Shown: positions 38,097 through 49,810 of the stretch, piece by piece | Numbering within the stretch: position 1 is the stretch's first letter | How the letters are laid out: each line of letters starts with the position of its first letter | NCBI GenBank assembly: GCA_028534125.1 | Contig: CM052817.1 | Span: 11,720,001-11,783,645 of the forward strand | Source of the DNA: Lama glama | Lineage: Eukaryota | Reading direction: 5' to 3' | Length of the DNA: 63,645 bases | Program-made: the position numbers and the translations under genes | The notes under the pieces: model-generated | Databases searched by the model: none | The model's input: only the letters and a program-made list of their open reading frames with translations | Told to the model about the DNA's origin: nothing

Positions 38097-38527
38097 AGGA
38101 TTAGAGCTAATGCTTGTAAAGTACCTAACATAATGCCTCAACGAATCCTTAATAAACTTTTAGTTTATAAACACAACCAGATTTCATGACTTTTTAAAAA
38201 TCACTTTTTATTGATAATACAAGGCCGGCCATTTTGATTCTCTTCCCCCACCCCCACTCCACACTCACTCCTATGTGCATATATATTTTAGTTTCCTTGA
38301 TTCTTTTTCCCTTGATGAGTGAAATACTAATTTTAGCTGTCCTGAAGTTAGTCCTTTTGAGGTGAATTCTTCCCTTGTCCTCCTCCCCCATTCAGATCTC
38401 CTTTTCCAATGTTACCAAGCCAAGACAAAAATGTTGGCTATGAGAAATATTTATTGGGTGCCATTTAGACAAATATAAGAATCTGACTGAATGCTCTCCA
38501 CCACTGGCAGTTGAAACTAAACCCGGA

Positions 38528-38541
38528 GTTGCCATGGATAC
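38528..38541. promoter_or_regulatory. RFX X-box motif candidate
   Basis: GTTGCCATGGATAC (reverse complement GTATCCATGGCAAC) fits the X-box consensus GTNNCCATGGNAAC; motif match only. Confidence 0.4.
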
Positions 38542-39104
38542 TGGTTGCTTGGCCTCTGCTCCAACACATTAGAGCCTTTTTAGTTCAACAATGTGCAAAC
38601 CACAGATGTTGCCATGCATTGTCTTCGTAATCAGCTTGGATCTCTTAGCAGAAGAAAATTTTGGGTTTGCTTTAGCAGAGAAGGATCTAAATTCTCAAAA
38701 GAAACAGAACACCCCGTGTCCTCCATTGTGTCTCCCGGTAGAGGTAGTAACCTCCGTAGACACTGTTTTCACCTTTCTCTCTGCTTAATTTAATCTGGAG
38801 AGATTACTCCTCTCTTGATATTTATTTGGAAATAAGAATCCCTACTGCATATTCTGTAAAACACAGCAGGGGCAGCAGCTAGGAAAATTGCACACAGCTT
38901 TGGGTGCAGGACTTAAAACAAGGCGTAATTGAAGGAGAGAGAATACAAGAAACCCTGGGTTCTATATGAGAGCTGGAGTAGAGTCACAGCAGAGAGATCT
39001 CAGATTGATTCGAAAAGCACTGACTTTGCCGCCACTCACTAGCTCTGTATCCTTGGGCAAATTAATCCATGTAAACTGTAGTTTCCTTATTTCAGTGGTT
39101 CTTC

Positions 39105-39303
39105 CACTTTTATGGACCTTTGTGAGTACACGGGGCCCACCCGAATAATCCAGGGTAATCTTAGTTATTTAAGGTCACTTGATTATCAACCTTAATTCCA
39201 TCTGCAACCTTAATGTCTCTTTGCCATGTAACATATTCACATGCTCTGGGGATCCAGAGACATAGGTGGCCATTTTTGGGAGGGGGCCATTGTTCTATAA
39301 TGC
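39105..39303 (-). mobile_element. MLT1C/D fragment
   Basis: 'gggcccacccgaataatccagggtaatc...accttaattccatctgcaacc...gggggccatt'. Confidence 0.75.
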
Positions 39304-40856
39304 AGTGGTGCAAAAGAAATTTCTCTTTCTTTATTGCCCATAAATGTCTATGAATTCCCTTTTCAGTGTAAAAGGAGACAATTCTAACTATCTGTTTTAG
39401 GTCTTCTCAGCCTCTTTTGATAGATATTCAGTTTAATTCCCAACCAGGGCTGTTTGTCTCCCTTCAGATACTCACTCCTTTCCTCTCTGTCTCTTAAGTT
39501 GTTATCTGGGCATTAAGGCATAGGTGACTTCATAATGATGATGTGAGTGTGAGAGAAATGGTGCTGCAGGAGACTGGGGAGTAGTCTCTCCCACCCTTTC
39601 TTTCTTTACAAATATTCAACACAAATACTATCTTTGCTTTGCTGAGGCTGCCTAGACTTACTACAGCTGAGAAGCATTCTCTCTTTTCATGTGTATGATG
39701 TGTAAAAATTTCTTTATATTATTGAGCATCGTATTTTTAAAAATGCTTCCATAAGTAATATGCAGTTATCTGCAAGGCATTGAACCAAGAAATATTTTGT
39801 GCAAGAAATATTTCCCTTGCCCACTCCCATCCATTTTGATGCCTAAAGTCCACAATTACAGTCTTGTTGCCCTAAGCCTGTGCTAAATCACTGGATATCT
39901 CATGGCTGAAACAATGATATGATTTTTCCACCTTGTTACTGCAGCAGACAATTAGGCAAATAGAATTCCAAACTGAATAATGTTTACAGGAAACACTGAT
40001 TGTTTTGCTAAAAAAAAATTGTGGTTATTATAAAGAGAAGGGATATCCAATCCCCTTTACTGAAGTCAAGTGGCCACAAGCCTACTGGAAACAACATAAC
40101 CCAAACGTCTTCTCTTTTCACAAATTTCTGGTTGTCAAGAATAATTATAAGTAAGATAGTTGCTTCAGTAGCACTGTGAGCCACTCTCATTTGGTTTTTC
40201 TTCCCTGTCAAGCTGCCTCACTGTGAATGGTGCATCATTTATTGTTAGCCGTAGGCAGAGCTCTTTGTTGAGAAGAGGTAAACAGAAATTGAATTTGTGA
40301 GCCAGCCCTGGGTGACATATGTGATGAGCCAAGTTTTGTGGTTAGAGACCCAAGCTCTCCTACTGTAATCCCCTAACCTATAATGATGAAACAATGGTAT
40401 AATTTGAAGAGGAAAATTTCGTTGTTGAATTCAGCCCCGGGACATAGTGGCAGTGATGATGGTGGTGGTAGAGGAGAGAAGAGAACGGGGACTAATCTTA
40501 CTGAGTCCTGAGAGTATGATGTGCTAGATTCCCTCACAAATAAACTGTTTATACTCCCTTCGATGCTGCAGACTGGTAGTAACTGCTATGGACATGGAGG
40601 TGGTAACTGACTTTTTCATGCTCCCCACATTCATTTGTTTCAAGTGATAATGATTTCTGTGCATTTCTACTTTTATTATTATGGTCTAAGCTGTAACTCG
40701 TGTCTGGTCACCTGTAACTATCCTTCAACAGTTCTCTTTCTCTCTGTGGCTATTCTTTGCCCTTGAACATCCATTTACACACATTTATAAACATAAATTA
40801 TGTCCTGTCATGCTCCTCATTAATTTCCCCAGTGTCAGAACTTAGAATAAAATACC

Positions 40857-41119
40857 AAATCAGTCAAGATGGGTTAATTTCTTGTGCAGTAACAAAAATA
40901 ATGTTTATTTTTCTTGCATGTTGCATATTCATTGTCAGTCTATACTATAGACTGAATTATGTTCCCCTGCCGAAATTCATATATTGATGCCCTTACCCAA
41001 AAGTGATAATATTTGTAGACGGGTCCTTTGAGAGGTAATTAGTGTTAGATGAGGTTATGCAGATGGGGCCCTGGTGATGTAATTAGTGGCCTTATAAGAA
41101 GAGACATCAGAGAGCTTCC

Positions 41120-41151
<32 letters not shown>

Positions 41152-41634
41152 CCCACCATGTGAGGACACAGTGAGAAGGTGACCATGTGCAGGTTAGGAA
41201 GAGGGCTGTCACCAGGTACTGAAACAGTGGAAACCTTGATCTTAGGCTTTCCAGCCTACATATGGTGAGAAATAAATACCGGTTGTTTAAGTCACCCCAT
41301 TTATGGTATTTTGTTATGACAGCTCAAGCAGATTAATATAGCCTGCTTACAGGCTCTGGTCATCATGGGCACTCAGGGACCTAGACTGATCGAGCCTCTG
41401 TTTTAATCCTAGGCTTCTGCAGTCACCGAGGCAAGGCAAACAGATTCAGTGAATCGCAGGCTGGTCTTTAAGCTTCTGTGGGGAAAGAAACCATTTCTTT
41501 TGTTTCTTGACTTGTGTTGGTGAAGCAAGTAGTATGACCTTACTTGCATTTAACTCAGTAGAGAACAGCTATTATATCACTTTACACTAAATGAAAGAAC
41601 TAGAACATTGTGAACAGTCCCAAGGGACCAGCAC
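40857..41634 (-). mobile_element. Old MLT1K/L LTR split by a younger MLT1A
   Basis: Left part 'tcagtcaagatgggttaatttcttgtgcagtaacaaa'; right part 'cactcagggacctagactga...ttggtgaagcaagtagtatgacc'. Confidence 0.6.
40943..41340 (+). mobile_element. MLT1A MaLR solo LTR with (CT)n
   Basis: 'tactatagactgaattatgttcccc...attagtggccttataagaagagac...ccatgtgaggacacagtgagaagg...tatggtattttgttatgacagc'. Confidence 0.88.
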
Positions 41635-42598
41635 AGATATAAACCTTTAACAGTATTGACAAGTGTGTGTTTGATACATTGCTCTTCACTTCCTGGATTT
41701 CATCTCCCTTTATCATCCATGTTGTTGCTATATGTTGAGCCATTTGCTTGGAATGCCCATCCCCTCAGTTCTTTGCTTGATGGTCTCTTTTGTTTATTAA
41801 AATCTCAGTGAAAATGTCACATCTTCAGATGATTCAGTCGTAACAGGGGTTTCCCTCCTCTGTCTAAATTCCTACCGCTGTGTCACCAATTGTCTTCCCT
41901 TATCTTTCCCTTTTAGTTTATTATTATTACTGTTATTTTAGCAAATGGCCTTTTAGAATTCCTTAAGTCTTATGTTCTCTTCTTAGCTTGTTCATTTGTT
42001 CACTAGCTAATTCATTCACTTGTTGATTTCAGTTTTTAGAGATGCAATGACAAGTAACATCATATCTACTCTTAAGGAACTTACAGTCTGGAAGAGGAAT
42101 AGACATTAACACAAATCATTACAATCTGGTGGAGTAAGTGTTAAGCATAGGTGCATAACAAGTTGCTCATGACATCATTAGTCAATCAAAATCGTGAGAT
42201 ACAACTTCACGTGCACTAGGATCGCCAAAACAAAAAATATAGACAATAACAAGTGTTAGTGAGAATGTGGAGAAATTGAAAGCCTCAGATATTGCTCCTG
42301 GAAGTGTAAAATAGTACAGCCAGTTTAGAAGATAATTTGGCAGCTCCTCAAAAAGTTAAACATATAGTCTAGTCCACGTAGGCCAGCAGTTCAACTCCTA
42401 GGAACATCCAAAAGAAATAAAAACACATATTCACACAGAAACTTGTACATGAATATTCGTAGCAGTATTATTTATAATAGTCAAAAAGTGGAAAAAAGCC
42501 AAATATTTATCAACTGATGAATGGAAAAGCAAAATGTGGCATATCCATAAAATGGAATGTTATTCAGCCATAATAATAGGTGAAGAGATTTAATCCAT

Positions 42599-44156
42599 TT
42601 CAAGTTTATTTTTGTATATGGTGTGCAGAAATGTTCTAATCTTGGAGTTTTACATGTAGCTGTCCAGTTTTCCTGGCACCACTTACTGAAGAAATTGTCG
42701 TTTTCTCCATTGTATATTCTTGCCTCCTTTGTCATAAGTTAATTTATCATAGATGTGTGGTTTTGTTTCTGGGGTCTCTAATCTGTTACATTGATCTATG
42801 AATTTGTTTTTGTGCCAGTACCATGCTATTTTCATTATTGTTGCTTTGTAGTATAGTCTGAAGTCTGGGAGAGTGATACCTCCAGCTTTGTTCTTTTTAC
42901 TCAAGTTTTCTTTGGCTACTCAGATTCTTTTGTGGTTCTATATGAATTTTAAGATTATTTATTCTAGTTCTATTAAAATAATGTGGATATTTTGATAGGG
43001 ATTGCATTGAATCTGCAGATTGCTTTGAGTCATGTGGCCATTTTAACAATATTAATTCTTCCTACCCAAGCACATGGGGTATCTTTCTATTTCTTTGTTT
43101 CATCTTTGGTTTCCTTTATCGGTATTTTATCATTTTCAGAGGGTAGGTCTTTTACCTCCTTGGTTAAGTTTATTCCTAGTTATTTTATTCTTTTTGATGC
43201 GATATTAAATGGGTTTTTAAAAAACCTTTCTCTTTCTGATAGTTCATTATTGGTGTATAGAAAAGCAACGTATTTTTAACATTAATACTGTATCCTGCAA
43301 CTTTGCTGAATTTATTTATTATTCTAATAGTTTTTGGGTAGAGACTTTAGGGTTTTCTAGATAAAGTATCATATCATCTGCTAATAGTGACAGTTTTACT
43401 TATTCCCAGTTTGACTTCTTCCCTTTTAATTTTGATGCCTTTTATCTCTTTCTGCTTGTCTGATTGCTGTGGCTTGGAGTTCCAATACCATGTTAAATCA
43501 AAGTAGTAAGAATGGGCATCTTTGTCTTGTTCCTAAATTTAGAGGGAAGTCTCCCAGCTGTTCACCACTGAATATGATGGAACTGTGGGTTTGTCACACC
43601 TGGACTTTATTATCCCTATGCCCACTTCTATGAGAGTTTTTATGTTGGATGGATTTTGACTTTTGTCAAATTCTTTTTCTGCATCTATGGAGATGATCAT
43701 GTGATTTTTTCCCCCTTCCTTATGTTAATGTGGTGTATCATATTGACTGATTTGTGAATATTGTACAATCCTTGTGTCCCTGGAATAAACCCAACTTGAT
43801 CATACTGTATGATCCTTTTTATATATTGTTGGATTTGGTTTGGTAATATTTTGTTGAGGATCTTTACATCTGTAGTCATCAAAGATATTGGCCTGTAATT
43901 TTCTTTTATTGTCTTATCTTTGTCTGATTTTGGTATCAGGGAATAGTGGCTTCATAGAATGAGTCTGGGGTGTTTTGTTCATTTTATTTTCTGGAATAGC
44001 TTGAGAAGGATAGATATTAGCTCTTCTTTATGTGCTTGGTAGTTTCCCTGTGAAGTTGTCTGGTCCTGGACTTTTGTTTGTTTGGAGTTCTTTTTTTATT
44101 ACAAATTCAATTTAACTACTAGTGATTAGTCTATTCAAATTGTCTCTTTCTTCTTG
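42599..44156 (-). mobile_element. L1 ORF2 internal fragment (RT domain onward), no 3'UTR or tail
   Basis: Minus-strand ORFs '[29 protein letters not shown]', '[20 protein letters not shown]...AWYW' and 'TPYTKINLKWIK'. Confidence 0.92.
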
Positions 44157-44407
44157 ATCCATGGTACAGCATGGGTGAACCATAAAAATTGTATGCTAAA
44201 TGAAAGAAGTCAGATACAAAAGACCAGGTATTGTATGATCCCATTGATATGAAATATCCAGAAAAGGCAAATCCTTAGAGACAGAAAATAAATTAGTGGT
44301 TGCTAGAAGCTTGGATGGGTTAGGAATAGGAAGTGACTGCTAATGGGTACAAGTTTTATTTTTGGTGTGATGAAAATATCCTGGAGTTAGATAGTGATGA
44401 TGGTTGC

Positions 44408-44800
44408 TGTTATAGTAGGTCACCTGAGAGAACTTAACTACTAGTTGACCTGCAAGCTGGATCTGGGCAATCAGAGACTCCTTACCCCCCTCTTTCCTTG
44501 AAATGTGTGTTCTACCCACCATTCCCACAGTGGGAGCTGTTTTCAAGGACGCAGCTTTGAGACAGCATGTATTGTTGAGACCATCTGTGTGGTATATATG
44601 ACTTAACCCAGTTAAGGCTTCTATATAAATATTTTAGAGTATGATGGGCGGGTGTGGAGATCTCATCTTGCAGACACCTAAGGCAAGCCTCATAGGTAAG
44701 TTCCCTTGCTTATTAAACCTGCCACCTACAAATTTGGGGTATTCTCTTTCTGCAGTCTCTCCTTGCCTTTTGTTGATGGGGGCCAGTTTGTGAACTAAAA
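44408..44800 (+). mobile_element. Solo LTR (probably ERVL class) nested in L1MB 3'UTR
   Basis: Starts tgtt; TATA-like 'ctatataaa' and poly(A)-signal-like 'attaaa'; exact 5-bp TSD gttgc (44403-44407 / 44801-44805). Confidence 0.8.
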
Positions 44801-45966
44801 GTTGCACAATTTGTGAAAATACTAAAAACTACCAAATTATATGCTTTAAGAGATATCACACTTTGAAAAGGTGACTTTTATGATATGTGAATTACATTTC
44901 AAAAATAAGTAAATAAATAAAATAGGTATGAAAAGAGGCAGGAGCAGAGTTGCTCATACCCTACAGTATGGAATGTAACTATCTTGCCCTTTGGGAAACT
45001 ATTCATATTTACATGTTGGCACAATATTTCCTCTCTTGGGAATCTACCTAGAGCAATGCTTTGTAATGTGAAAAAGTGGTCCTATGCAAAAATTGTTAAC
45101 TTCATTTCAATTTAAAGAAAGCTATATTTGCATTAGAGTAGTAAGAGTTTTATGGTTTTATTTTTTAAAATTTTTCCCATAGTTCAGTCATGAGGTTATA
45201 AGAGTTCATAATAAAAATGTACACAATTAAAATAAAAAGAAACCTCAAAGTGCAGAATGGGGTAACTGGGCCTCAGAGTCTTTGGACAGAGTAACATTTA
45301 ATCAGAATCTTAGGTGATAGGACTTGCCCAGTGGGACAAAGAGAGGTAGGAGATAGAATCTGTGTTCCAGGCAGAGTGAACAGCTTGTGTAAAGGGCCAA
45401 AGATGAGAAGAGCCACTATATAGCTAAGCATCGAACATAGTCTGATATGATTGAGGGGTGGAGTATAAGAGAGAAGTGCCAGCCAGCTGAGGTGGAACAT
45501 TCAGTGATTTGGTCATTGGTTGGCTCACTCAGCTAGTAAGTGGTAGGTTTTAGAGGGAAAGGAGAGAAAGTATGGTCAGGAGATTATTGTTAAAAAAAAA
45601 AGGCATGCAAAAATTCTGTTTAAAATCCTCCAGTGACTACTCATTACCCTTAGAGTAAAATGCAAACTCCTTAGTCTTCCTTACCAGGCTTGGTAGTTGT
45701 GACAGTTTCACAATTTTGTGAAAATGCTCAAATCCACAGAATTGTACACTTAAAAAAAATGAATATTTTTAAGGGGCAGTGAATGCTTTTATTATATACT
45801 TAGAAATTATAAAGATCAAAACAAACAATGCAAAATTGTGTCCTTTTTTGTCCTTTTATCAAAAGGGTTTGAAAAAAGTAAATAATGATACATCAGCATT
45901 TGTGTTAAATACAGTAATAATATCAAAAAAAGTCCTTTTAGTGAATTTCTGAATTAAAGCAAGTTG

Positions 45967-46090
45967 ATGAATGTGTTAGCTAACATGATGTTGGTAATCA
46001 TATTGTAGTATGTGTGTCAGATCAACACATCATACACCTTAAAGTCACACAATGTTATATGTGAATTATATCTTAATAAAATTGAGGAGG
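45967..46090 (+). mobile_element. Short L1MA-type 3' end
   Basis: 'tggtaatcatattgtagtatgtgtgtcagatcaacacatcatacaccttaaa...tatatcttaataaa'; TSD-like aaagcaagttg / aaagcaagatg. Confidence 0.75.
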
Positions 46091-46107
46091 AAAAGCAAGA
46101 TGTTTAA

Positions 46108-48700
46108 ATTTTTGTCTTTCTCTATCTGACTTATTTTACTAAGCATAATACTCTCTAGGTCTATTCACATTGTTGCAAATGGCAGGATTTGTTTCTTTTT
46201 TATGGCTGAGTAATATTCCATTATATATATACCAATGTGTCTGTCTATCTATCTATCTGTCTATCTAATCTCACTTCTTTATCCAGTCATCTTCTTAATT
46301 TCTTTTTATTGTGGATGAAATAGTTTTTAATTGAAGTATAGTTGATTTACAATATGGTGCTAGTTTCAGGTATATAGCAGAGTGATTCAGTTTTATATAT
46401 ATATGTATATATTCTTTCTCAGATTCTTTTCCATTATTGCAAGATATTGATTATCGTTCCCTGTGCTGTACAGCAGGTCCTTGTTTAACTATTTTATATA
46501 TGGTAGTATGTATCTGTTAATTCAAAACTCCTAATTTATCCCTCCTCACATTTTCCCTTTGGTAACTATAAATTTGTTTTCTATGTCTGTGAGTATGTTT
46601 GTGTTTTATAAATAGATTCATTTGTATCATTTTTTTAGATTCCACATATAAGTGATATCATATGGGTTATGTCTTTCTCTGACTTACTTCACTTAATATG
46701 ATAATCTCTAGACCCATCCATGTTGCTGCAAATGGCATTAGTTTATTCTTTTTTATGGCTGAGTAACACTCAATAGTGTGTGTGTATATATATATAAATA
46801 CACACACACTATTAGTATGTATAGTGTGTATATGTATGTATGTGAGTGTGTGTGTGTATATATATATTTATTACATCTTCTTTATCTATTCAACTGTCAG
46901 TGGACATTTAGGTTGCTTCCTTGTCTTGGCTATTGTAAATAGTGCTGCTGTGAACATTATGATACATGTATCTTTCCAAATTAGAATTTTCATCTTTTTT
47001 GTATATATGCCCAGGAATGGGATTACTAGTTCATATCGTAACTCTATTTTTAGTTTTTTAAGGACTCTCCATAATGTTCTTCATAGTGGCTCCACCAATT
47101 TATATTCTCACTAACAGTGTAAGAGGGTTCTTTTTTTTCCCACACCATCTCCAGCATTTGTTATTTGTAGACTTTTTGAGTATGGCTGTTCTGACTGGTG
47201 TGAGGTGATACCTCACTGTAGTTTCGATTTGAATTTCTCTAATAATTAGTGATGTTGAGCATTTTTTCATGTGCTTGTTGGCTATCTGTTTTCATTGGAG
47301 AAGTGTCTATTTAGGGCTTCTGCCCATTTTTGGCCTGGAATTGTTTGTTTTTTTGATGTTGAGCTTTATGTGCTGTTTGTATATTTTGGAAATTAACCCC
47401 TTGTTGGTTGCATTGTTTGCAAATATTTTTTCCTGTTCCATAGGTTGTCTTTTTATTTTGTTTATGGTTTCCTTTACTGTGCAAAAACTTTTAAGTTTAA
47501 TTAGGTCCTGTTTGTTTAGTTTTGCTTTTGTTTCCATTACTTTAGGAGACAGATTAAAAAAATTATTGCTGTGATTTATGTCAAAGAGTGTTCTGCTTAT
47601 GTTTTCCTCTATGAGTTTTATAGCATCCAGTCTTACATTTAATTCTTTAATCTATTTTGAGTTTATTTTTATATATGATGTTAGAGAATGTTCTAATTTC
47701 ATCCTTTTACATGTAGCTGTCCAGTTTTCCCAGCATCACTTATTGAAGAAACTGTCTTTTCTCCACTGTATATTCTTGCCTGTTTTGTTGGAGATTAATT
47801 GACCATAAGTGCATGGATTTGTTTCTGAACTTTCCATCCTGTCTCATTGATCTATGTGTCTATTTTTGCACCAGTACCATACTATTTCGATTACCATAGC
47901 TTTGTAGTATAGTCTGAAGTCAGGGCGCATGATTCCTTCAGCTCTTCTTCTTTCTCCAGATATTTTTGGCTATTTGGGTTCTTTTTTGTTTTCAAATAAA
48001 TTTTAAAAAAGTTTTGTTCTAGTTCTGTGAAATTTGATAGGGATTACATTAACTATTCATTCATCTTGGATGAACACTTGGGTTTCTTCCATGCCTTGGC
48101 TATTGTAAATAATGCTGCTGTGAATGTGGTGGTGCATATAATTTTTTTGAATTAATGTTTTTGGTTTTTTACTCAGGAGTGGAATTGCTGGGTCATATGG
48201 TAGTTCTATTTTTAGTTTTTTGAGAAACCTTTACAGTGTTTTCCACAGTGGCTGCACCAATTTACATTCCCATCAACAGTATACAAGGGTTCCCTATTCT
48301 CTACATCCTTTTCAACACTTGTTATTTGTAGACTTTTTGATGACAGCCATCCTGACAAGTGTGAGGTGATATCTCATATATGTGGAAGCTAAAAAAAGAA
48401 AACAAACAAATGCATATAACAAAAGAGAAACAGACTCACAGATAGAGAAAGCAAACTAGTGGATACCACTAAGGATAAGGAATGTGACAGGGACAAGATA
48501 CGGGTATGGGATAAAGAGATACAAACTACTATGTATAAAATAAATAAGTAACAAGGATTTATTGTGCATCACAGAGAAATATAGTCATTACTTTGTAATA
48601 ACTTTAAATGAAGTACAATGTATAAAAATATTGAATCACCCACTATGTTGTACCCCTAATATACTATTGTAAATCAACTATGCTTCAGTAAAAAATATAA
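46108..48700. mobile_element. 5'-inverted (twin-primed) L1MA-type element
   Basis: Antisense arm 46108-48376 (split by a younger L1) joined to sense 3'UTR and tail 48377-48700. Confidence 0.75.
46325..48050 (-). mobile_element. Lineage-specific L1, ~1.7 kb, 5'-truncated
   Basis: Terminus 'tttttaattgaagtatagttgatttacaat'; ORF 47307 '[33 protein letters not shown]' is ORF2p. Confidence 0.92.
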
Positions 48701-49129
48701 AGCAAAAAAGAGAAAATTTAGAAAAATATGTAAAAAGAAGGTTATTAAAATTATTCACCACTCCCATCACCTAGAGATAACACCATTAACCTGTTGGTAT
48801 GCATCTTTTTTGTCTGTTTGCAATGGTAAATAAAGGAGTGAAATTATAAAAAAAAAAAAATCCCCACACATCTAAATAGCTCAAGCCAAAACTTATCTAC
48901 AGCATTGAAAATGGATTATTTTTCCTATCTAAATATAAGAATGTAGTAATCCTTATATTGACATTTAGGCTAAATCTTTCCCTTATAAGGTGTTTGACAT
49001 AAATACCATTTACTGTGTAACTCTTGGCAGTGTTTGCATTAGAATAGTGAAACCTTTATGTTTATGGGTTTTACGTTTTACATGGCAATGTGTTTGTTGT
49101 CAAGATATTTGATCCTGCCTGTCTCTAAC

Positions 49130-49570
49130 TGCAGCCCCCACCATGCTTGCTCTCCTTCCCAGTCTGTGCTCTGGCTGCCCTGGCATTCATTTTGTTCCTC
49201 TGACCTCTTGAGGGAGAACTTTGTAGAAGACTGCCCCAGGCCCCTGTGTCAGAGGATTTCTCATGGTTCGGGACCTGGGGATCTGGTTTCACTGTCACCT
49301 CCCCAGTAATACCTTTAAGAGGTATGTATGGGAATTGTCAGCTGTCCTTATCTCTTACTTATTGGCTCATCATCCTGTTCTGTTTTGCACTTATCACCAT
49401 CTGCAATAATCTTGTTCATTAGTTTATGTATTGATTTTCCATCTGTTCCCCAAAGAATGTTTGAGGAAGGCAGTGGTTTTGCCTTCCTTGCTTACTCCTG
49501 CTTCACCAGAATCTTGAGCTCTACCCAGCACTTTAGAGGTCTCAATAAATATTTGTGGACGAAATGATTA
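49130..49570 (+). mobile_element. L2 3' remnant
   Basis: 'gcacttatcaccatctg...tttgaggaaggcag...ctcaataaatatttgtggacgaaatga'. Confidence 0.65.
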
Positions 49571-49619
49571 AAGAAGTTCAATTTAGAGTGTGTGCCTTTA
49601 AAAATAGATAAACATGTCA

Positions 49620-49810
49620 GTACCCTATCCTACCATTTACTTGAGGCATTTACCCTATCCTTGGCAAATCTTAACCTCTCTGGGCCTGAATTCCCTATAT
49701 TTAAAATGGATGCAAGAATAATGCTATTGTGCATTTTAAAAGGAACAGTGTACTGTAAAGTGCTTAGTGCTGCACCTGGCAGAGAATAAACCCTTAGTAA
49801 GTGTTATCTG
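49620..49810 (+). mobile_element. MIR
   Basis: 'tccttggcaaatcttaacctctctgggcctgaattccctatatttaaaatgg...gtaaagtgcttag'. Confidence 0.75.

Larger units (their letters stand above)
42190..44925 (+). mobile_element. L1MB-type 3' portion (host), interrupted twice
   Basis: 'gacaataacaagtgttagtgagaatgtggagaaattg...tattcagccata' continues collinearly at 44157 'atccatggtacagcatgggtgaacc...agagacagaaaataaattagtggttgc'. Confidence 0.85.

Noticed and set aside
37384..38189. Five ORFs of about 200-246 aa
   Set aside because: Artefacts of translating through the 500-N gap and (TG)n.
25411..44800. The two related LTRs as ends of one provirus
   Set aside because: They are in opposite orientation, 19 kb apart, with no gag/pol/env between them, and the second copy has its own TSD.
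42481..47802. RT/ORF2-like peptides as an active retroelement gene
   Set aside because: Short, frameshifted, stop-interrupted L1 fragments with no intact ORF2.
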